Shown: positions 18,098 through 26,700 of the stretch, piece after piece
Layout: each line of letters starts with the position of its first letter
Numbering within the stretch: position 1 is the first letter of the stretch
From: Myxococcota bacterium
GTDB lineage: Bacteria; Myxococcota; UBA4151
Length of the DNA stretch: 64,000 bases
Reading direction: 5' to 3'
NCBI GenBank assembly: GCA_036338695.1
Contig: JAYZBQ010000004.1
Span: 1-64,000 of the forward strand
Notes under the pieces: generated by a model
The model's database searches: none
What the model was told of the DNA's origin: nothing
Seen by the model: only the letters and a program-made list of their open reading frames with translations
Translations under genes and position numbers: made by a program

Positions 18098-19336
18098 GTG
18101 CGTACATCCATTTTCTTGTCTCTGACCTGCCTCGGGGCGATCGCCTGCGCACCCGCTGACGACGCCTCGCTCGACGCCGGACCGCCAGTTGATGCGGGCA
18201 AGCCGCTCAGCGCCATGCCGGCTATCGCCGACTTAGAGGGCGAGACCTGGCATGCCATCGAGCCGGGCGGGGATACGATCTGCTCGCGCGGTCAACCCTG
18301 GGCTTTCTTCTTCAGACCGGGCGTGGTCAACAAGCTCGTGGTCGAGTTTCAAGGCGGTGGGGCGTGCTGGAACTATCCGACCTGTTCGGTCGCCGACATG
18401 ATCTTCAAGGACAACATCGATGACATCCGCGGCACCGTGCTGGGCGACGCCTGCGCGAGCGACTCCGACTGCGCCGAGGACAGTGAGTGCCTGACGAGTG
18501 GTTATTGCCGCCGTCCGGACCCCGAGCGCGGTATCTACGACCACAGCAACGACGACAACCCGGTCAAAGGCTGGAACCACCTCTTCATCCCCTACTGCAC
18601 GGGCGACATCCACTGGGGTCGTTCGGTCGTCGAGTATGCGTCAGAAGGTGGCGCCGCGCCGTTCATGCTGAACCACCAAGGCGCCGTGAACGCTGAGGTG
18701 GCTTTGCGCTGGGTGCGCGAGAACGTCCCGCAGCCAGAGACCATCTTTATTGGTGGCTGCAGCGCAGGCGCCTATGGCGCGATCGGCTGGGCACCTCACG
18801 TGATGCGCGACTTCCCGGAGTCCAAGGTGGTGCAGCTTGGCGACTGCGGCGCCGGCATCATCACCGACAGCTTCTTGCGCGACTCGTTCCCGGTATGGTC
18901 GGCGCTTGAGACGTTGCCAGCCTGGATCGATGCGCTCGATCCGAACACCATCGACATCAACACCATGGAGCTCAAGGACCTCTACGCCGAGGTGGGCAAG
19001 TTCTACGGTGACCAGACGATCAGTCAGTACAACACGGTCTTCGACAACAACCAGGTGTTCTACTACGACACCATGGGCGGCTCGGGCGGCGCCGAGCAAT
19101 GGTCGGCGAAGATGCGCGACCAGATCTACCGTATCGGTCAGGAAGCGGACAACTTCCGCTCGTACATCGCCCCGGGCGATCAGCACTGCATCATTCACCG
19201 CAACGAGCTCTACTCGGTCGACACCAACGGGGACGGTTCAGGGGTTAAGCTCGTGGATTGGATCCGCGAGATGGTGGACTCCGATGCGCCCGACAGCGTA
19301 GCCTGCTCGGGGTGTGAGCCTGAGCCGCTGCCCTGA
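18098..19336 (+). CDS. Pectin acetylesterase/Notum-family hydrolase, lipoprotein
   Basis: Lipobox AIAC; FQGGGACW, PYCTGDIH.G, GCSAGAYG, G..HC. Confidence 0.88.
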   Translation: MRTSIFLSLTCLGAIACAPADDASLDAGPPVDAGKPLSAMPAIADLEGETWHAIEPGGDTICSRGQPWAFFFRPGVVNKLVVEFQGGGACWNYPTCSVADMIFKDNIDDIRGTVLGDACASDSDCAEDSECLTSGYCRRPDPERGIYDHSNDDNPVKGWNHLFIPYCTGDIHWGRSVVEYASEGGAAPFMLNHQGAVNAEVALRWVRENVPQPETIFIGGCSAGAYGAIGWAPHVMRDFPESKVVQLGDCGAGIITDSFLRDSFPVWSALETLPAWIDALDPNTIDINTMELKDLYAEVGKFYGDQTISQYNTVFDNNQVFYYDTMGGSGGAEQWSAKMRDQIYRIGQEADNFRSYIAPGDQHCIIHRNELYSVDTNGDGSGVKLVDWIREMVDSDAPDSVACSGCEPEPLP

Positions 19337-19344
19337 GCGTATGA

Positions 19345-20376
19345 GTGTTTGAGGTCAGTTACACCGCAGCCCGCGCCGCCTTCCGTCAAGAGGCGCTGGC
19401 GATCGGTGCAGAGCTGACCTCGATTCCGCTGGATGCGCAAGGCGAGCGCGCGGCCGATGGCTCGGCGCTGACCATCGACGTGGCAGCTTGGGGACGCGGC
19501 GACCGGACCATCGTGTTGAGCTCCGGGCTCCATGGCGTCGAGGGCTACGTCGGCTCGGCGACGCAGCGGCTCATGATGGTGACCCCTGAGCAAGCGGACT
19601 GTCGCTACGTCATGATTCACGCTCTAAACCCATGGGGCATGGAACATTTTCGCCGGGTCAATGAGCGCAACGTCGACCTCAACCGCAATTTTTTGCCAAG
19701 CGACGAGGCGTACAGCGGAAGCCCAGAGCAGTATGCGCGGCTCAACCCCTTGCTCAATCCGGCGCGCTCGTTCACCGCGCTCGAGTTCGCGCTGCGCAGC
19801 GGCTGGCAGATCCTTCGGTACGGGTTTGAACCGCTCAAGCAGGCGATCGCAGGGGGGCAGTACGACTTCCCGCAGGGCTTGTTTTGGGGCGGCGCAGAGC
19901 TTGAAGAGGGGCCTCATAAGCTGATGGAGCGCGTGCTCGAGCTGGTCGGAGCAGAGGGTGACATCGTGTGGGTGGATCTGCACTCAGGGCTCGGCGCCTT
20001 TGGTGAGCTAACGTATTTGCTCGAGGCGAGCTCGGGGTCGCGGCTGACCCAGCGCCTCAACGAGAAGCTCGGGGGGCGCGTCCAAGCCTGGGATGAAGAG
20101 GGCGGGGTCGCTTACGCGATCCGTGGCGGCTTCCCGGCGGCGCTGGATCGGGTGTTCGGTGATCGTCTGACGATGTTGACTTGCGAGTTTGGGACCTGCT
20201 CGGCGGTCACGGTGTTGCGGATGATGGTGCTCGAGAATCAGATCGTGCAGCATGGCGGTGATCGATCGTTGGCGCAGCAGGCGATGCGCCGCGCGTTCTA
20301 TCCGAGCGAGCGAGCGTGGCAGGACAAAGCGCTCGCAAGCGCCGCTGAGCTGGTCGGTCTTGTCGGGTCGCTCTAG
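19345..20376 (+). CDS. DUF2817 / M14-like zinc metallopeptidase
   Basis: SGLHGVEG..GS, NPWG..RR.NE.NVDLNRN, DLHSGLG, EFGT. Confidence 0.88.
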   Translation: MFEVSYTAARAAFRQEALAIGAELTSIPLDAQGERAADGSALTIDVAAWGRGDRTIVLSSGLHGVEGYVGSATQRLMMVTPEQADCRYVMIHALNPWGMEHFRRVNERNVDLNRNFLPSDEAYSGSPEQYARLNPLLNPARSFTALEFALRSGWQILRYGFEPLKQAIAGGQYDFPQGLFWGGAELEEGPHKLMERVLELVGAEGDIVWVDLHSGLGAFGELTYLLEASSGSRLTQRLNEKLGGRVQAWDEEGGVAYAIRGGFPAALDRVFGDRLTMLTCEFGTCSAVTVLRMMVLENQIVQHGGDRSLAQQAMRRAFYPSERAWQDKALASAAELVGLVGSL

Positions 20377-20389
20377 CTCCTTTGCGAAC

Positions 20390-20418
20390 TTGTGACTCGA
20401 GGCGTCATTCGCTAAAAT
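20390..20418 (+). promoter_or_regulatory. Sigma70-like promoter TTGTGA-N17-TAAAAT with overlapping palindrome TGACTCGAGGCGTCA
   Basis: Read directly, 20 bp upstream of the ATG at 20439. Confidence 0.5.
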
Positions 20419-20438
20419 AGAGCGCGCTGGAGCCTCTT

Positions 20439-23400
20439 ATGTTGCGATGTGTACCGTTGGTTTGCCTGCTTTTGGGGTGCTCACTGCGCGAGGCGCCGGC
20501 ACCAGCAACCCCTGTCTGCGGTAATGCGCTCGTTGAGCGCGGCGAGCGCTGTGATGACGGCAACACCAGCGACGACGACGGCTGCTCGAGCCGTTGCGCG
20601 CTGACCTATTGCGGCGACGGCCTCGTTCAGCCTTGGGAAGGTTGCGACGACGGGAACGCGGTGGATACGGACGGCTGCTCGAACGTCTGCCGTTCGGCTC
20701 AATGCGGTGACGGCATCGTCCAGAGCGACGAGGAGTGCGACCTCGGCGACGCCAACGGCGCCACCGCAGCCTGCTCGCCGCTCTGCCGCAACGCGGTCTG
20801 CGGGGACGGCTTTGTTCAAGAGGGTGAAGCCTGTGACGACGGAAACGCCGTCAACAACGACGCCTGCACGAACGCCTGCGCGCTGCCTCGCTGCGGTGAT
20901 GGGATCGTCCAGCCATGGGAAGCCTGCGATCCCGGTGAAGGCGCTGAGGATGCTGGCGCCGGGCAGTGCGTCAATTGTCGCGCAGCGCAGTGCGGCGATG
21001 GGGTCGTTCAAGGTGATGAAGAGTGTGATGACGGGAACGCAGCGAGCGACGACGAGTGCACCGTTTTGTGCCGTCGCCCGGTCTGCGGTGACGGCTTCGT
21101 ACAAGGCACTGAAGAGTGCGACGACGGCAACACCAACAATATGGACACCTGCACGAACGGCTGCACGGTCGCGGTCTGTGGTGACGGACACCGCTCGCCT
21201 TGGGAAGGCTGTGATGATGGCAACCGTGAGGGGGGCGACGGCTGCGACGCCAACTGCCGCAGCGAAGCGTGCGGTAACGGGCAGATCGACGGCGACGAAG
21301 CCTGCGATGACGGCAATGAGGTCGACACCGACGCCTGCACCAGCGCCTGCCAGATCGCTCGCTGCGGCGATAACTTTGTCTGGGAAGGGCGCGAGGAGTG
21401 TGACGACGGTAACGAGTCTGCGACGGACGCCTGCCTCAATACGTGCGTGATCGCGCGCTGTGGCGACGGCGTCCCGCGTGAGGACATCGCCGAAGGGCAG
21501 CCGGGTCATGAGGCCTGCGACGACGGCAATGGCTTTAACGGTGACGCCTGCACAGATCGGTGCGAGCGCGCGCGTTGCGGCGACGGTCACGTCGGTCCGG
21601 GCGAGTCATGCGATGACGGGGACAACGACGACGCCGACGCCTGCCGTAACGACTGCTCGGACGCCCGATGCGGTGATGGTCAGCGCCGCAACGACCTCGA
21701 GGCGGGTCAAGAGGGGTTCGAGGCGTGCGATGACGGCAATGAGGACGACGGCGACGCCTGCGTCGGTGCATGCCAGGTGGCGCGCTGCGGAGACAGTTTC
21801 GTTCAGCGTGGTGTCGAGGATTGCGATGACGGTAACCAGGTCCAGTCGGACGGCTGCCTCAACGACTGCACGGCGTCGCGTTGCGGCGACCAGATCGTCG
21901 GTCCCGGTGACGCGTGTGATGATGGTAACGAGCGCAACGACGACGGCTGTACCAACCGCTGCGCGTTGCCCGGTTGTGGAGACGGCTTCGTTCAAGACGG
22001 AGAAGAGTGTGACGACGGCAACGAGGTGAACACCGACGGCTGCCTGAACAGCTGCTTGAGCGCTGCCTGCGGTGATGGCGTGTTGCGCGGCGATTTGCAG
22101 GAGGGTGAGGGCGGCTTTGAAGCGTGCGATGACGGCAACCAAGTCGACACCGACGCCTGCACCAGCGGTTGTCTGGCGGCGCGCTGCGGTGACGGTTACG
22201 TGCGCGTCGGCGTGGAGGATTGTGATGACCGGAACCCCGCTGACGACGACGCCTGCACCAACGCGTGCCGCTTTGCGACCTGCGGTGACGGCGTGCGGCG
22301 TACGGACCTACCCGAGGACAACGAGGACTATGAAGCCTGCGACGATGGCAACCGCGATGAGCGCGACGCCTGCCGCTCCAACTGCATCGCCGCCGCTTGC
22401 GGTGACGGCATCCTGCGCAACGACCTGCAGGAGGGCGTGGATGGCTATGAAGCCTGTGATGACGGCAACATCATCCCCACGGACGGCTGCACGCACTTAT
22501 GCTTGGTCGCACGCTGCGGCGATGGGGTGATCCGTCAAGGGATCGAAGCCTGCGATGACGGCAACGAGGTCAACACTGACGGCTGCTTGAACACCTGCAG
22601 CGTTGCTCGCTGCGGTGACGGGGTGCTGCGAAACGACCTCGAGCTTGGTCAGCAGGGTCACGAAGCCTGCGATGATGGGAACCTCAACCAGCGAGACGCC
22701 TGCCTGAACCATTGTCAGGTGGCGATCTGCGGTGATGGCTACGTCCGGGGGGACGTCCCAGAGAATCACGAAGCGTACGAGGAGTGTGATGAGAACGACA
22801 ACTGCGTGGACTGCCGCCGCCCAGAGCCGAATGGAGGCGGTCAGGAGGATGCAGGGGTCATGGGGCTCGACAGCGGCATCAACGGGCGACCGGATGGGTT
22901 CTCTGAAGGGCCGCCCGAGGGGGGTCTCCCCGACCTCGGCTTCCCGGACCTGCCCGAGGCGGGCAATGACGCCGGACCGAGACCGGACATTGACAACCTG
23001 ATCCGAGACGCAGGTCCGCGGCCTGACCAGGGCCTGATCTTTGAGGCGGGCAATACGGACGTCTTTATCTTGATCGGCGATGCGCGCCCGCCGGGCTGGG
23101 ATGGTCCTGTCGGAGTCATCGACAGCGGTCCTCAGGACGTGCAGGGGAATCAGAGCCCGGATATTCCCGGTATACCCGACGCGAACATGCCTGAGGTTAA
23201 CCAGAATTTTGACATCGGGATGCAGCAGACCACGATCTGTGATCTGTGGAACTCGGGCATATTTCAGATCTGCACCAACTGTCACGGGAACTCAGGCGGT
23301 GTTCGAGTGGATCACACCTCGCCGCGTACGCTGCATGATAGCTTCGTTAACGTCGCTGGTAACTCAAACCTCGACCTCGTCTCGCCGCGTAACCCGCAAG

Positions 23401-23558
23401 GCTCTTATCTGTACGCCAAAATGCTGGGTGCGCAGAACTTCTATCCCGGTGGCGGGGGCGGGCGCATGCCTCAAGGTGGACCGTATTACAGCCAAGAAGA
23501 CCTTGCGCCTCTGCTGCGCTGGATTAACAGCGATAACCTCGCAGCGTGTCTGCCCTAG
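20439..23558 (+). CDS. Large lipoprotein: 23 DUF4215 Cys-rich repeats, Pro/Gly/Asp linker, C-terminal c-type cytochrome domain
   Basis: Lipobox LLGC; 23 CG[D/N]..C[D]xG units counted; CTNCH at 23271-23285 followed by SYLY and GGRMP. Confidence 0.88.
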   Translation: MLRCVPLVCLLLGCSLREAPAPATPVCGNALVERGERCDDGNTSDDDGCSSRCALTYCGDGLVQPWEGCDDGNAVDTDGCSNVCRSAQCGDGIVQSDEECDLGDANGATAACSPLCRNAVCGDGFVQEGEACDDGNAVNNDACTNACALPRCGDGIVQPWEACDPGEGAEDAGAGQCVNCRAAQCGDGVVQGDEECDDGNAASDDECTVLCRRPVCGDGFVQGTEECDDGNTNNMDTCTNGCTVAVCGDGHRSPWEGCDDGNREGGDGCDANCRSEACGNGQIDGDEACDDGNEVDTDACTSACQIARCGDNFVWEGREECDDGNESATDACLNTCVIARCGDGVPREDIAEGQPGHEACDDGNGFNGDACTDRCERARCGDGHVGPGESCDDGDNDDADACRNDCSDARCGDGQRRNDLEAGQEGFEACDDGNEDDGDACVGACQVARCGDSFVQRGVEDCDDGNQVQSDGCLNDCTASRCGDQIVGPGDACDDGNERNDDGCTNRCALPGCGDGFVQDGEECDDGNEVNTDGCLNSCLSAACGDGVLRGDLQEGEGGFEACDDGNQVDTDACTSGCLAARCGDGYVRVGVEDCDDRNPADDDACTNACRFATCGDGVRRTDLPEDNEDYEACDDGNRDERDACRSNCIAAACGDGILRNDLQEGVDGYEACDDGNIIPTDGCTHLCLVARCGDGVIRQGIEACDDGNEVNTDGCLNTCSVARCGDGVLRNDLELGQQGHEACDDGNLNQRDACLNHCQVAICGDGYVRGDVPENHEAYEECDENDNCVDCRRPEPNGGGQEDAGVMGLDSGINGRPDGFSEGPPEGGLPDLGFPDLPEAGNDAGPRPDIDNLIRDAGPRPDQGLIFEAGNTDVFILIGDARPPGWDGPVGVIDSGPQDVQGNQSPDIPGIPDANMPEVNQNFDIGMQQTTICDLWNSGIFQICTNCHGNSGGVRVDHTSPRTLHDSFVNVAGNSNLDLVSPRNPQGSYLYAKMLGAQNFYPGGGGGRMPQGGPYYSQEDLAPLLRWINSDNLAACLP
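20517..22815 (+). repeat. Intragenic tandem array of Myxococcus Cys-rich repeats (about 95-120 bp units)
   Basis: Recurring tgcgg[ct]ga[ct]gg and tgcga[ct]ga[ct]ggcaa motifs. Confidence 0.9.
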
Positions 23559-23770
23559 GCGTCTGAGGCGTCAACCTCGAAGCCGAGCTCGGCGCAGGTG
23601 CTCATGAGGCGCCCCAACCACGCCGTACCTTACCCGAAACCGCACGGTGATCGTCAGATGGTATGGGTTGACCCCTCGGTCAGGTTGATGGAGAGGCTCC
23701 CGTGCCCCTCAAAAACGAACAGAGCGCCCGAGGACGGACGCCCTGCTCGATGACCGCTGCGTGTGAGCGC

Positions 23771-26700
23771 CTACGGGTCGACCACGACCGAGCTTGCGCC
23801 TGTGGAGGCTTGGTCATCGGGGTTGTAGTAGCTGTACGCTCGGCTCGGCGGGTGCTGAGCCGAGACCGGGCGTGTTGCCTGAAGACCGAAGCGAAGCTGC
23901 CGGCGCTCGCGCGGCTGCAGCGCCATGAGGTAGAACGTGATGCGGCGATCCGTGCGCTCAAAGCGCTGAACCGCGCCTGACTCGACCAAGCGGTTCAAAT
24001 CATCGGCGAGCGCAACCATTCCCGGCGCCGTCGCCACGCTGACGATCACCTGGTCCATAGCGCCCTCATCAAGACGCGACGTCACCTCTGCGTCGACGCG
24101 CACGATCTCACCGACGCCTACCTGGCTGCGGTCATAGGTCACGCTCAGACCAAGCGATCCGACCTGCGCCGGCGGCCGGCTCCACGGCTCATAGCGGGTG
24201 CCGATCACCTGATACATGAGGGTCCCTTCACCTGCGAAGCGCAGTGCGATGTCGGCTGTGTCGCTGCTCAGCGTCTGCCCGCTCAGGTCCAAGGTGTGGT
24301 GAACGTCGGCGTTCTCCTCGCTCAGGGTGATCTCGCCGACCTGCTCGTCCCCTAAAAGCACCTCCACCGTGCCGTTGGCGTTCGCCGTCGCTCCGGCCGC
24401 TGCAAGCGTCAGCGCCCGCAGGGAGTTCATCGTCGCCTGGGTGGAGTACCAGTTGCCGAAGGCGTCCTTGGTCGCGGCAAGGAAGGTCAAACCGTCCGCC
24501 GCCACCGCCGCATGCTGACCGGCTTGCAGCATCGCTTGCACGACGAGTCCGGTCATCTCCACCTCACCAGGCGTCCCGCCGCCGCGCGCGCCTGTCCAGG
24601 AGTTGCCGGCAAAGGCCCACTTGATCTGACCGTCGGTCACCGTTTCTCCCGCCTCGACCAAGCGGTTGAGCATCACGGTCAGCAGCGGATCATCCGGTGC
24701 GGCGAGCGCAAACAGGTTGGCGACCAGGGCTACGGCGTAGAGGTCGTCGGTCTGCTCGACGCGGGCTCGCAGGTAGCGCAGCGCCAGCTGCACCGAGCTG
24801 CCTGCTTTGCCGTCGTAGTGGAGCCCCGTAGCGATGTAGGCGGTCGAGCGCAGCACGTCCTCGCCGAGTGACTCGTTGCCAGCGTGCAAGGCGTCCCCAG
24901 CGGGCCACGAGCCGTCCGTCGCTTGCTGTTCGATCAGCCAGGCGCGGTGGCGATCCGCAACGGCCTCATCGGTGGCGATGATGCCCTCGAGGTCTGCGAA
25001 CTGCCACAGCGCGATCGCGGTGAGGATGCGGTTGCCTGGGTCGTTGTTGCCCCACCAGTTGTACCCACCGGTCGGTGATTCAAAAGTCAGGATGCGCTGG
25101 TAGCCTGAGCGCAACAGGTCGATCGCTCGATTGAGCAGCTCGTCGTCGTCTTGCCCCGTGGCGAGCAGGTAGTTGTAGACCATGATGTTCGGCCAAGCCG
25201 TGGAGGTGGTCTGCTCGAAGCAGCCGCTCGGCATCTTGAGCATCGAGTCGATGCCCTCAACCGCCGACGTCGCGAGCCCTGGGTAGAGCTTCACCAAGAG
25301 CTCGTTGGCGCCCTCTACGCCCTCTGGCAGGTTCATCGAGACGTTCGCTGGAGCCGCGCCCAAGCGACCGCCTACGGTCTGGATCTCAGCGTCACCATCG
25401 GGTTGGATGCGGACGCTGCGCCGGACGGCGTCGGCCTCCTCGCCAGCGATCGCCTGCACCTCGATCTCAACGGTCCCGACGCGCTCTGCGCGCAGGATGT
25501 AGGTGGCGCGCTTGACCTCGCGCGGCCCGAGCTCAACGCTGAGCTCCGCACCGCCGATCAGCGTCATCCCCTCGACCGGCTGGAGCGTGAGCGCCACGCG
25601 TTGAGCGTCCTCAAGGTAGTTGTAGACGATCACCGGGACATGGACTTCATCGCCGCGCGTCATGCTCACCGGGAGGTCGAGGTCGACGAAGAAGGGCTGA
25701 AAGACGATCAGGTCGCCCTCGCCGCTGCCGATGTGTCCCGTCGCCGAGTTGGCTTGCGCTGCGATCTTCCACGTCGTGATCGAGTCGGCGACGCGCAGGC
25801 CTTGCTCGGCGCGGCCGTCTTCATCGGTGATGATCATCGGCGCTGCGATGAGTGTCTCGGGGAACCAGCTGCGCACGCGCGGTGCGCCAGGCGCTGCGCC
25901 CCCGCCGCCTTCGTTCTGCTCGACGTTCGCTTCGGGTGGCTCAGGTTGACCGGGGTCAGCCTGTTCTGGCGCGCCCGCCGCCATGTCATCCGCTTCGGCA
26001 AAGCCCGTCCCGCGCTGCTGAGCGATGGCGACGCTCAGGTCGGCGGCGACCCGCAGGTCATCGACGGTGCCAAAGACCTCGTCGGCGCCACTCGAGACCA
26101 AGGTCGCCTGCCAACCGCCGACCTCGAACTGGTAGATTTTACCGAACGGGTCGGCGCGGCCAGTGAGCATGCGCTCCATGACGCCCTCGTAGTTTTCAAA
26201 GTCGACGTCGCCCGCTTCCCATTGGTTTTTGAGCTCCTCGACCAGACCGTCGAGCTCCCGCTGGAGTCGAGCGGTGAGGTGGGTCTTCGCTGCAGCCTGG
26301 TCGATCACCTCAGAGTCTTGATTGACCGTTGCGCCGGCGCCGCTCAAGCGAGCGAAGGCTGCCTCGGCGACGGTCTCATCTCGGCTCGAGAGGGCGCGAT
26401 TGATGCTCACCGAGGGCGCAGGGCTCTGATCTTGCCCCGGGCGCAGCCCGAGGTCGAAGTAGCTCTCCGAGACCCCAGGTTTCGCCGGGGAGAGACCAAA
26501 GACGGATTCGTCGACCGCGGTCAAACCGACAGCGGCCTGCTGCGGGTTGCCCTCGGCGTCGCGCACCTGGATCGCCAGCCGCGCGTTCTCGCCGGGTCGG
26601 TAGCTTGGCTTCTCGGGCGTGATCGCCACGTTGATCACCTTACCGCCGTCAACGTGCACCAGGCTCAGGCCAGTGTAGAGCGCCCCCTCGGCGCTGCGTT

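Noticed and set aside
20517..22815. CRISPR array or DGR template/variable repeats
   Set aside because: The repeats are in-frame degenerate coding units; no cas or reverse transcriptase gene is present.
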